A stretch of 64,000 nucleotides of DNA. Origin: Planctomycetota bacterium. Its GTDB lineage: Bacteria; Planctomycetota; MHYJ01; JACPTZ01. The notes under the pieces were generated by a model that was given only the letters and a program-made list of their open reading frames with translations, did not search any database and was not told where the DNA came from. Below are positions 55,631-64,000 of the stretch, piece by piece; position 1 is the stretch's first letter, and every line of letters begins with the position of its first letter. The position numbers and the translations under genes are program-made. The stretch is from the NCBI GenBank assembly GCA_016192525.1, contig JACPTZ010000214.1:5659-69658 (forward strand), written 5' to 3'.

Positions 55631-56467
55631 ATGGCTCGTGTCTCACGCCGGCCGGCGCCGAAAGGCGCGGCGTCCGGCGGCGGGTCCCTTCGCCCCTTCT
55701 GGGGCCGGGCGGCCCGCGGGATGATGGCCGCTGTCGTTGCCTGCGCCGTCTTCGCCGGGGGGGCCCATCTCGTCTCCGCGCAGGGGATCGTCCCCACGAT
55801 TCCGGGCGTCGGCCGCTCCGAGAATCCGGACGACGTCGTCACGACGCTCGAGATCCTCTTCCTCCTCACCATCCTGTCTCTGGCGCCGGCGATCCTCATC
55901 ATGACGACCTCCTTCACCCGGATCGTCATCGTCCTCTCGTTCCTGCGCCGGGCCCTCGCCACCCAGGAGCTGCCGCCGAACCAGATCGTGGTCGGCCTCT
56001 CCCTCTGCCTCACCTTCATGATCATGGGGCCCACCTTCCGGGAGATGAAGGACACCGCCCTCGTCCCCTACATGAACGCCGAGATCACCCAGAAGACCGC
56101 TCTCAAGCGCGCCCTCGATCCGATGCGCAAGTTCATGTTCCGGCAGACCCGCCAGAAGGACCTCCGGCTCTTCGTGGACATCTCCCGGCTGCCGCTTCCC
56201 GCGAACCCCACCCGGGCCGACATCCCGACCGAGGTCCTGGTCCCGGCGTTCGTCGTCAGCGAACTCCGCCGGGCCTTCATCATGGGATTCGCCCTCTTCC
56301 TTCCGTTTCTCGTGATCGACCTGGTGGTGGCGTCCACGCTCATCTCGATGGGGATGCTCGTCCTGCCGCCCGTGATGATCTCGCTTCCGTTCAAGATCCT
56401 GCTGTTCATCCTGGTCGACGGGTGGCATCTGGTGATCGGATCGCTGGTGCAGAGTTTCTACACCTGA
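55631..56467 (+). CDS. fliP: Flagellar export gate FliP (start may be 55721)
   Basis: MTTSFTRI, PPNQI, PAFV.SEL and PFKILLF.LVDGW. Confidence 0.95.
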   Translation: MARVSRRPAPKGAASGGGSLRPFWGRAARGMMAAVVACAVFAGGAHLVSAQGIVPTIPGVGRSENPDDVVTTLEILFLLTILSLAPAILIMTTSFTRIVIVLSFLRRALATQELPPNQIVVGLSLCLTFMIMGPTFREMKDTALVPYMNAEITQKTALKRALDPMRKFMFRQTRQKDLRLFVDISRLPLPANPTRADIPTEVLVPAFVVSELRRAFIMGFALFLPFLVIDLVVASTLISMGMLVLPPVMISLPFKILLFILVDGWHLVIGSLVQSFYT

Positions 56468-56484
56468 CGCGCGTGGAGCAGGCG

Positions 56485-56757
56485 ATGGAGATCGACATCG
56501 ACGCCGCGGTGGCGCTGGGACGTGACGCCCTATGGCTCACGGTGAAGCTCTCGCTCCCGCTGCTGGTGGTGGGGATCGTCGTCGGACTCATCGTGGGAAT
56601 CCTGCAGGCCGCCACCCAGGTGCAGGACCAGACGGTCGCATTCGTCCCGAAGATCCTGGCCACGGTGGCCGTCATCTTTCTCGTTCTGCCGTGGCTGCTC
56701 GTCGAACTCGTGGAATACACCCGGGACCTCGTCCTCCGGATGGCCTCGTTCTGGTAG
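56485..56757 (+). CDS. fliQ: Flagellar export gate FliQ
   Basis: QAATQVQDQTVAFVPK. Confidence 0.94.
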   Translation: MEIDIDAAVALGRDALWLTVKLSLPLLVVGIVVGLIVGILQAATQVQDQTVAFVPKILATVAVIFLVLPWLLVELVEYTRDLVLRMASFW

Positions 56758-56761
56758 CCGG

Positions 56762-57547
56762 ATGAATCCGCTCGAATACGCCACGCGCGAGATCCAGATC
56801 TTCACGCTGGTCCTGTTCCGGATGAGCGGGTTCTTCTTTCTGGCGCCGGTGTTCGGGGGGCAGAACACCCCCCCGCCGTGGAGGATCGCGTTCGGAATCC
56901 TGATGGCCCTTCTGCTCCATCCCGTGGTGCCGGCGGACCGGTTCGTGCTGCCGGCGAACCTCGGGATGATGACGGTGGCCGTGCTCGGCGAGCTGGGGGT
57001 GGGGCTGCTCCTCGGCTTCGCGGCCACTTTCATCTTCACCGCCGTCCAGCTTGGCGGGATGCTGATCGACCAGGAACTCGGGCTCGGACTGGCGAACGTG
57101 ATCGACCCTCTGTCGAACGAGCAGGTATCGGTGATGAGCCAGTTCCAGGTCTTTCTGGCGATCGTGCTCTTTCTGGCCGCGAACGGGCATCACGGACTGA
57201 TCCGCGCGCTGGGCGGCTCGTACGCCGCGGTCCCGCTGGCCGGGATGACTTTTTCGGACGAGGCCGGCCTGCTCCTTTCGGACGGGATGTTCTCGGGGCT
57301 GCTCGTGCTGGCCCTGAAGACGGCCGCGCCGGCGATGGTCTCGTGCTTCCTGGCCACCCTGGCCCTCGCCTTCGTGGCGCGGACGGTGCCGGAGATGAAC
57401 ATCTTCGTGGTCGGATTCTCGATGCGGATCCTGGTGGGGTTCGCCTTCCTGCTCATCGGAATCCCCGTGTTCGCCCAGGTGTTCACGCACGCGCAGGGGT
57501 CGCTCCTGTTCGACCCGCTCGACGCGCTGCTGCGCGCGCTCGGGTAG
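56762..57547 (+). CDS. fliR: Flagellar export gate FliR
   Basis: G.LID...GL, NGHH.LI.AL..SY and RTVPEMNIF.VGF. Confidence 0.93.
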   Translation: MNPLEYATREIQIFTLVLFRMSGFFFLAPVFGGQNTPPPWRIAFGILMALLLHPVVPADRFVLPANLGMMTVAVLGELGVGLLLGFAATFIFTAVQLGGMLIDQELGLGLANVIDPLSNEQVSVMSQFQVFLAIVLFLAANGHHGLIRALGGSYAAVPLAGMTFSDEAGLLLSDGMFSGLLVLALKTAAPAMVSCFLATLALAFVARTVPEMNIFVVGFSMRILVGFAFLLIGIPVFAQVFTHAQGSLLFDPLDALLRALG

Positions 57548-57562
57548 GCGGAGGCCGCCGGA

Positions 57563-58645
57563 ATGCCGGAGGAACGATTCGACGACCGGTCGGAGCCCGC
57601 CACGCCGCGCCGCCGCGAGGAGGCGCGGGAGCGCGGCCACGTCGCCCGAAGCCAGGACCTGAGCGCCGCCCTTGGGCTCCTCGGAGCGGTGCTCGCCCTG
57701 TACTTCGTGGGGGACGCGCTCTTCGCCGATCTGCGCTCCTTCACGGTCCTTATGCTCGGGCACCTGGCGGAGGCCGACGTCTCGCTCGACTCGGTCGGGG
57801 CCCTCGCCTGGACGGGGTTCCTCTTCTGCTTTCAGATGATGATGCCGTTCCTGGCCGCCGTCTTCGTCGTGGCGCTGGCGGCCAACTACGTCCAGGTGGG
57901 ATTTCTTTTCACCGGGGAACCGCTGACGCCGAACTGGGAGCGGCTCGACCCGATTGCGGGGCTCCAGCGGTTCTTCTCGATGAGGGCGCTGGTCCGGCTC
58001 GCCACGGGGCTCTTCAAGCTCGGAATTCTGACCACCGTGCTGTACCTGACGCTTTCCGGGGAGGTGAATCCGCTGCTCCACCTCATGGATGTGGCCCCCT
58101 CCCAGTTGAGCGCCTACGTGGCCGCCACCGCCTTCGTCCTGTGCCTGCGCGCCGCCCTCGCGCTCGTGGTCCTGGCGCTCCTGGACTTCGGCTTCCAGCG
58201 CTGGCAGTACGAGATCGATCTCCGCATGACGCGGGCCGAGGTGAAGGAGGAGCTGAAGCGGCTGGAGGGGGACCCGAAGATCCGGGAGCGGCGGCGCGCC
58301 ATCCAGCGCCAGCTCGCCATGCAGCGGATGATGCAGAAGGTGCCGAAGGCGACCGTGGTGATCACCAACCCCACCGAAGTGGCCGTGGCGATCCAGTACG
58401 ACCAGACCGACGAGACGCAGCGGGCGCCGAAGGTGGTCGCCAAGGGGATGGGCTATGTGGCGGAACGGATCCGCAACATCGCGCACGAGCACGAGATTCC
58501 GATCGTCGAGAAACCGTGGCTGGCCCGGGCGCTCTACAAGGGCGTCGCCGTGGACAAGGAAATCCCGCCCGACCTGTACGCCGCCGTGGCCGAAGTGCTG
58601 GCGTACGTCTTCCGGGCGAACCAGGAGCGAATGGCGTTCGTCTGA
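57563..58645 (+). CDS. flhB: Flagellar export switch FlhB
   Basis: EPATPRR..EAR..G.VARS, EGDP.I, ITNPTE and APKVVAKG. Confidence 0.95.
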   Translation: MPEERFDDRSEPATPRRREEARERGHVARSQDLSAALGLLGAVLALYFVGDALFADLRSFTVLMLGHLAEADVSLDSVGALAWTGFLFCFQMMMPFLAAVFVVALAANYVQVGFLFTGEPLTPNWERLDPIAGLQRFFSMRALVRLATGLFKLGILTTVLYLTLSGEVNPLLHLMDVAPSQLSAYVAATAFVLCLRAALALVVLALLDFGFQRWQYEIDLRMTRAEVKEELKRLEGDPKIRERRRAIQRQLAMQRMMQKVPKATVVITNPTEVAVAIQYDQTDETQRAPKVVAKGMGYVAERIRNIAHEHEIPIVEKPWLARALYKGVAVDKEIPPDLYAAVAEVLAYVFRANQERMAFV

Positions 58646-58668
58646 CGGACGCCCCCAGGTGAGCGAAG

Positions 58669-60780
58669 ATGCCCCCGTTTGCCCTGTCCGAATCGTCGCC
58701 CGTCTACCGGTCCGTCAAGCAATACCAGGATCTCTTCCTGGTGTTCGGGATCATCGGCGTCCTCGTCGCCATCTTCGTCCCGCTGCCGACCTGGGTCATC
58801 GACGGCTTGCTCGTCATCAACATCACGGTCGCCATCGTCACTCTCCTGACGACGATCTATGTCCGGGAACCGCTCGAGTTCTCCGTCTTTCCCTCCCTGC
58901 TCCTGGTGACGACCGCCTTCCGGCTCGCCCTCAACGTCGCCACGACGCGCCTCATCCTCTCCGACGCCTCGACCAAGGGTTTGTTCGCCGCCGGCCACGT
59001 CATCGCCGCCTTCGGGGACTTCGTCGCCGGACAGCAGCCGCTCATCGGGTTCATCCTCTTCGTGATCATCATCATCGTGCAGTTCGTCGTGATCACGAAG
59101 GGCGCCAACCGCATCTCCGAGGTGGCCGCCCGGTTCACGCTCGACGCCATGCCCGGCAAGCAGATGGCCATCGACGCCGATCTCAACGCCGGCCTCATCC
59201 GCGAGAGCGAGGCCCGCGAGCGCCGCGCCGCCATTTCCCGCCAGGCCGACTTCTACGGGGCGATGGACGGCGCCACCAAGTTCGTCCGCGGCGACGCCAT
59301 CGCCGGCATCATCATCACCATCGTGAACATCCTCGGCGGCCTCATCATCGGCATCGTCCAGCAGGGGATGACCTTCTCCGACGCCGTGTCGGTGTTCACG
59401 AAACTGACGGTCGGGGACGGACTCGTGTCCCAGATCCCGGCCCTCATCGTCTCGATCGGGGCCGGTCTCATCGTGACGCGCGCCACGGCGGAGGGGAACC
59501 TCGGTTCGGACCTCCTCAACCAGATTTTCTCATCCGAGCGCGCGCTGTTCGTCTCATCGCTGTTCCTGCTCGGCCTCGGCGCCTTCACCCCCCTCCCCTT
59601 CTTCCCGCTGGCCTCGATGGCGGTCCTCGTCGCCTTCATCGCCAACACCCTCCGGACCACCGGGGCGGAGAAGGTGAAGGAGGAGGAGGAGAAGAAGGTG
59701 AAGGAGACGGTCAAGAAGCCGGAAAAGGTGGAGGGGCTGCTCAAGGTCGATCCGATGGAACTGGAGATCGGCTACGGGCTCATCCGGCTCGTCGACGCGG
59801 CGCAGGGCGGCGACCTCCTGGACCGGGTGGCGATGATCCGCCGGCAGCTCGCTCTCGACATGGGGATGCTGATTCCCCCGATCCGGATTCGCGATAACAT
59901 GGCGCTGGAGCCGAACGAGTACGGAATCAAGCTGCGCGGGATGTCGATCGGGAAGGGGAGCCTGATGCTGGACCACTTCATGGCGATGGACCCCTCCGGA
60001 AACGCCCCCCCGCTGGACGGGGTGAAGACGCAGGAACCCGCCTTCGGCCTGCCGGCGGTCTGGATTCCCGCGTCGCAGAAACCCAGGGCGGAGGCCCTCG
60101 GGTACACGGTGGTGGACGCCACGAGCGTCCTCGCCACGCACCTCACCGAAATCCTGAAGTCGCACGCGGCCGAGATCTTCACCCGGGACGACGTGCAGAC
60201 CATCACGACCCAGCTCAAGGAGACCTCCCCCTCCCTCGTGGAGGAGGTGGTGCCCGCCCTCCTCAAGCCGGGCGAGGTGCAGAAGGTCCTTCAGAACCTC
60301 CTGCGCGAAGGGGTGTCGATCCGCGACATGCACACGATTCTCGAAACGCTCGGGGACTATGCCCCGCGCACGAAAGACTCCGAGATTCTCACGGAGTATG
60401 TGCGCAACGCGCTGGCGAGGTCGATCTGTCTTCCTTACCAGGATCGCGAGGGGCGCCTCCACGTCGTCACCCTGGATCCGCGCCTTGAAGACCTGATCAA
60501 GGCGTCGACGGAGCGGACGGAAACCGGCTCCTTCCTCACCCTCTCCTCGAAGCAGGTGGGGCGCGTCTCGCAGGCCCTGAGCCGGGAGCTCGACCGTCTC
60601 CTTCAGGCGGGACATCCGGCGGTGGTGCTCTGCTCTCCTGAAATTCGTCTCCAGGTGAAGCGGATCGCCGATGCGGTCCAGCCGAACATCGCGGTGCTGT
60701 CGTACAACGAGGTCGTGAAAGGGATCAAGGTGGAGTCGGTCGGCATGGTGTCGCTGGAACAAGGGGTGGGCGTCGCATGA
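58669..60780 (+). CDS. flhA: Flagellar export protein FlhA
   Basis: FPSLLL, ARFTLDAMPGKQMAIDADL and FYGAMDGA.KFVRGD. Confidence 0.97.
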   Translation: MPPFALSESSPVYRSVKQYQDLFLVFGIIGVLVAIFVPLPTWVIDGLLVINITVAIVTLLTTIYVREPLEFSVFPSLLLVTTAFRLALNVATTRLILSDASTKGLFAAGHVIAAFGDFVAGQQPLIGFILFVIIIIVQFVVITKGANRISEVAARFTLDAMPGKQMAIDADLNAGLIRESEARERRAAISRQADFYGAMDGATKFVRGDAIAGIIITIVNILGGLIIGIVQQGMTFSDAVSVFTKLTVGDGLVSQIPALIVSIGAGLIVTRATAEGNLGSDLLNQIFSSERALFVSSLFLLGLGAFTPLPFFPLASMAVLVAFIANTLRTTGAEKVKEEEEKKVKETVKKPEKVEGLLKVDPMELEIGYGLIRLVDAAQGGDLLDRVAMIRRQLALDMGMLIPPIRIRDNMALEPNEYGIKLRGMSIGKGSLMLDHFMAMDPSGNAPPLDGVKTQEPAFGLPAVWIPASQKPRAEALGYTVVDATSVLATHLTEILKSHAAEIFTRDDVQTITTQLKETSPSLVEEVVPALLKPGEVQKVLQNLLREGVSIRDMHTILETLGDYAPRTKDSEILTEYVRNALARSICLPYQDREGRLHVVTLDPRLEDLIKASTERTETGSFLTLSSKQVGRVSQALSRELDRLLQAGHPAVVLCSPEIRLQVKRIADAVQPNIAVLSYNEVVKGIKVESVGMVSLEQGVGVA

Positions 60781-62042
60781 AGATCAAGAAATACGAGGGC
60801 CGCACCTGGGATGAGGCGATCGCGAAGGTCAAGGCGGACCTCGGACCGGGCGCGGTGCTCCTCCACACGCAGCTCCCGCAGGAGCGCCACTGGCTCCGGC
60901 TCTGGGGCGGGGGAAAGTGCGTGATCCTGGCGGGGACCGGCTTCCACGTCGTGAGCGAGTACCGTCAGCGCCGCCCGGCTTCCGGAGACACGAGCCGGAT
61001 CGTGGTCCGGCCCGCGGGGGGATCGGCGCCCGCGACCGTGGGCGTTCCGGCGAAGGCGGCGGCCCCGGCCCTCCGGGAGGCGCCGGCCGCCGACCCCGGC
61101 GATCTGGGTGTCCTCCGCCGCATGGTCCAGGAACTCCGCGACAACGTGCTGTACCCCGACTTCGCCCAGGCCCCCGAGGGGCTCCGGATCGGATATCGGA
61201 GCCTGATCGAGAACCGCATCTCCACCACGCTCGCCCGGCGCGTGCTCACGGGAATTCAGCAGAAGATCGGAGCGGAGGCCTGCGCCAACGCGGAGCTGGT
61301 CCGGGAGGCGATCCGGGAGACGATCGCCGAGCGGGTGAACGTCGCGCACGAGATCCGCCTCACGCCCGGCCGAAGCCGCGTCGTGGCGCTGATCGGCCCC
61401 ACGGGGGTCGGCAAGACCACCACCATCGCGAAACTGGCCGCCATCTACGCCCTCCGCCGCCAGAAACGGGTGGGGCTGATCACGATGGACACGTACCGGA
61501 TCGCGGCCACCGAGCAGCTGTCGCAGATGGCGGACATCGCCCGCATCCCGCTCCGGATCGCCAAGACGCCCGAGGAGGTGAACGCCGCCGTCGCCGAGTT
61601 CGCCCGCTTCGACCTCGTCCTGATCGACTCGGCCGGGCGCGCCCAGCGGAACGCCGATCACCTGCGCGAATTGAAGCACTTCATCGACGTCGCGAAGCCG
61701 GACGAGATTCACCTGGTCCTCTCCGTCACCTCCAATCTCGACGTGCTGTATGACGTCGTGGAGCGTTTCGGCTGCTGCCGGATCGACAACATCATCCTCA
61801 CGAAACTCGACGAGGCGGTTCGTTTCGGCCTCATTCTCGACGTTCTGGAAAAGGTGCGGTCGTCGGTCTCGTACGTGACGACGGGACAGGGGGTCCCGGC
61901 GGACATCGAGCCGGCGGATCGCGAACGACTGGTGAGCATGATCTGCGGAGACGGAATCGAACATGGATCAGGCCGAAGGGCTTCGTCTTCTGGCCCGGCA
62001 GACCACGCGCCCGGCGCGGGTGCTGGCCGTCTGCTCGGGTAA
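60777..62042 (+). CDS. flhF: SRP-like GTPase FlhF
   Basis: GPTGVGKTTTIAKLAA, DTYRIAA.EQL, DSAGR, TKLDE and GQ.VP.DI. Confidence 0.94.
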   Translation: MKIKKYEGRTWDEAIAKVKADLGPGAVLLHTQLPQERHWLRLWGGGKCVILAGTGFHVVSEYRQRRPASGDTSRIVVRPAGGSAPATVGVPAKAAAPALREAPAADPGDLGVLRRMVQELRDNVLYPDFAQAPEGLRIGYRSLIENRISTTLARRVLTGIQQKIGAEACANAELVREAIRETIAERVNVAHEIRLTPGRSRVVALIGPTGVGKTTTIAKLAAIYALRRQKRVGLITMDTYRIAATEQLSQMADIARIPLRIAKTPEEVNAAVAEFARFDLVLIDSAGRAQRNADHLRELKHFIDVAKPDEIHLVLSVTSNLDVLYDVVERFGCCRIDNIILTKLDEAVRFGLILDVLEKVRSSVSYVTTGQGVPADIEPADRERLVSMICGDGIEHGSGRRASSSGPADHAPGAGAGRLLG

Positions 62043-62838
62043 GGGCGGGGTCGGAAAGTCCAACGTCGCGCTGAATCTCGCCCTGGCGGCGTCCCTGGCG
62101 CGACGCCGGACGATCTTGATCGACATCGACCTCGGCCTCGCGAACGTCGATGTCCTCTGCGACGTCCACGCCCGGGTGAATCTCTCCCACGTCATCGCGG
62201 GTCGCGCCTCCCTGTCGGAGGCCTGTGTGGCGGGGCCGGGCGGGCTCAAAATCGTCCCCGGCGCCTCGGGGATCGAACGCCTGGCGAATCTCGGAGACGT
62301 CGAGCGGGAGCGGCTTCTCTCCGGGCTGGAGGAACTCCAGAGGCAGGCCGAGTTCCTGATCATTGACACCGGTGCCGGAATATCGAAAAATGTCCTCGCC
62401 TTCGTCGGCGCGGCCGACGACATCCTGCTGGTGACGACCCCGGAGCCGACCGCCCTGGTCGACGCCTACGCCATGCTGAAGATGCTGGCGCAGCGGGACG
62501 TGCCGGGGTCGGTTTTTGTCTGCGTCAACTGCGCGGAGCACCGGGTGGAGGCCGACCGGGTGGCGGCCGGTCTCCGGACCGTGGCGGAGCGGTTCCTGAA
62601 CCTCTACGTCGAGCCGCTGGGCTGGCTCCCGCGGGATGCGGCCGTCCCGTCCTCGGTCCGGCGAAAGCAGCCGTTCCTGCTCGCCTGTCCAGATGCCCCG
62701 GTGAGTCATGCGCTGCGGGAGATGGCCGGCCGGGCGTTCGGTCCCCGCGGCGAGGAATCGGCCGTTCCGGCGGGGCCGTCGGCGGAGCGCAGTTTTTTCG
62801 CCCGGGTCTGGGAGGCCTTCCGGGCCCCGGCGACGTGA
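61963..62838 (+). CDS. flhG: MinD-like ATPase FlhG/FleN
   Basis: MDQAEGLR, SGKGGVGKS, DTGAG and PEPTALVDAY. Confidence 0.93.
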   Translation: MDQAEGLRLLARQTTRPARVLAVCSGKGGVGKSNVALNLALAASLARRRTILIDIDLGLANVDVLCDVHARVNLSHVIAGRASLSEACVAGPGGLKIVPGASGIERLANLGDVERERLLSGLEELQRQAEFLIIDTGAGISKNVLAFVGAADDILLVTTPEPTALVDAYAMLKMLAQRDVPGSVFVCVNCAEHRVEADRVAAGLRTVAERFLNLYVEPLGWLPRDAAVPSSVRRKQPFLLACPDAPVSHALREMAGRAFGPRGEESAVPAGPSAERSFFARVWEAFRAPAT

Positions 62839-62856
62839 GGATGGAGGAGCGGCGTT

Positions 62857-63225
62857 GTGACGCGTCTTTTCAGCGCGGTGATGGGGATCTTCGCCTTTGT
62901 CGTGATGTGCGGCCTCGGTCTGCTTCAGAAGAGCGAGGGGGTGGAGATTTCGCTGGGGGTGATCCTGCTCCGCGCGGCGCTGGCGATGGCCGGATTCATT
63001 CTGCTCGGATGGGTCGTCGGATCAGCCGGAATCCGCGTGGTGGGTTCTGAAACCGGACCGAAGCCGGCGGCCGGGGCCGTGCCGGCGGCTCCCCTACCGG
63101 CGGGTGCGACCGCCGTGGCCCCGGGGCCGCCGGCGACGAATCCGGGGTCGCTGCCGGGAGTATCGTCCCCGGCCGCCCCGGCGATGGCGGCGCCCGTGAC
63201 GGCCGCGGCGTCGAAACCCCTCTGA
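62857..63225 (+). CDS. Small two-TM hypothetical protein with Pro/Ala tail
   Basis: GGAGG SD, two hydrophobic segments, between flhG and fliA. Confidence 0.6.
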   Translation: MTRLFSAVMGIFAFVVMCGLGLLQKSEGVEISLGVILLRAALAMAGFILLGWVVGSAGIRVVGSETGPKPAAGAVPAAPLPAGATAVAPGPPATNPGSLPGVSSPAAPAMAAPVTAAASKPL

Positions 63226-63245
63226 CCCCTTGATGGGAGCGTCGA

Positions 63246-64000
63246 GTGGCGAAGCGATCCAAGGAAGAGATGCAGCGGATCTGGCGCCAGTACAAGAAAA
63301 CCGGCGACACGACGCTCCGCAACATCCTCATCGAAGAACACCTCCCCATCGTGAAATACGTGGCCGAGCGGCTCTTCGTGAAGCTTCCGCACAGCGTGGA
63401 CGTGGACGACCTGACGAGCGCCGGCATCTTCGGGCTGGTGGACGCCATCGACCGGTTCGACATCGAACGCGGGGTGAAGTTCGAGACTTACTGCACGAAC
63501 CGGATCCGGGGCGCGATCCTCGACGAACTCCGCGCGCTCGACTGGGTCCCACGCCTGGTCCGGCAGCGGGCGCACAAACTGGAGCGGGCCGTGTCGAAAC
63601 TGGAGGCCCGGCACGGTCGCGCCCCCTCGGACACGGAACTCGCGAGAGAGCTTGGGGTTTCACTCGAATCGTACGACGAGATGGTGAAGGAGGTCAGCAC
63701 CGCCGCCATTCTCTCCCAGAGCGCGAAGTGGACGGGCGAGGAGGACGAGGAGGGGGGCGGCGGGTCGATGGAGGTCCTCGAGGACAAGCAGGAGCCCGGT
63801 CCGACGGAGGACATCCAGAAGCGGGAGATGGTGGAATTCATCACCAAGCATCTGACGAAGAAGGAACGGCTCATTTTGCTGCTATACTACTATGAGGAAT
63901 TGACGATGAAGGAAATAGGGTCCACCCTGGAGCTTTCGGAGTCCCGGGTGTGCCAGATTCACTCGCGCGTGATGCTGAGGCTCCGGCACCAGTTGAAGAA
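63246..64000 (+). CDS. fliA: Flagellar sigma factor FliA/WhiG (3'-partial)
   Basis: LPIVKYVAERL, GVKFETYC..RIRGAILDELR.LDWVPR and LYYYEELTMKEIG..L..SESRVCQIH; runs off the window. Confidence 0.95.
   Translation, partial: MAKRSKEEMQRIWRQYKKTGDTTLRNILIEEHLPIVKYVAERLFVKLPHSVDVDDLTSAGIFGLVDAIDRFDIERGVKFETYCTNRIRGAILDELRALDWVPRLVRQRAHKLERAVSKLEARHGRAPSDTELARELGVSLESYDEMVKEVSTAAILSQSAKWTGEEDEEGGGGSMEVLEDKQEPGPTEDIQKREMVEFITKHLTKKERLILLLYYYEELTMKEIGSTLELSESRVCQIHSRVMLRLRHQLK

Noticed and set aside
63230-63895. 221-aa plus-strand ORF
   Set aside because: Off-frame overlap of fliA, which the track omits because it runs off the window.

Overview
High-GC (visually about 65-70%) bacterial chromosome segment, most likely from a Planctomycetota lineage. 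That call is an inference from the NPTE form of the FlhB cleavage motif, the planctomycete-style tandem secretin-like protein, the ECF/HEAT anti-sigma pair and the kinase-RDD fusion. Left to right: (1) a 5'-truncated urocanate hydratase gene. (2) A minus-strand run of parA, parB (with an internal parS), TPR protein, Ser/Thr kinase-RDD, TPR protein, ABC ATPase and two damaged membrane-protein paralogues. (3) Acylphosphatase, ABC permease and metallophosphoesterase. (4) An ECF sigma, zf-HC2/HEAT anti-sigma and tandem double secretin-like operon. (5) A defence-type island with EcoAI-like type I R-M, a YhcG remnant, a small HTH gene, a VapBC45-like TA pair and a DUF5131 remnant. (6) A four-gene secreted/outer-membrane module of unknown function. 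(7) A ~31 kb flagellar cluster from a MerR-TPR-FlgN-like-kinase-sigma54 activator head through flgB to a 3'-truncated fliA. Best leads: a structured RNA candidate in the flgE leader, the ECF-linked tandem secretin, the secreted module with an aerolysin-like segment and poly-Gly barrel, a MITE family carrying REP hairpins, and N-terminal lesions in fliF and motB. I saw no rRNA, tRNA or CRISPR array. All family assignments come from motif recognition by eye, not database searches.
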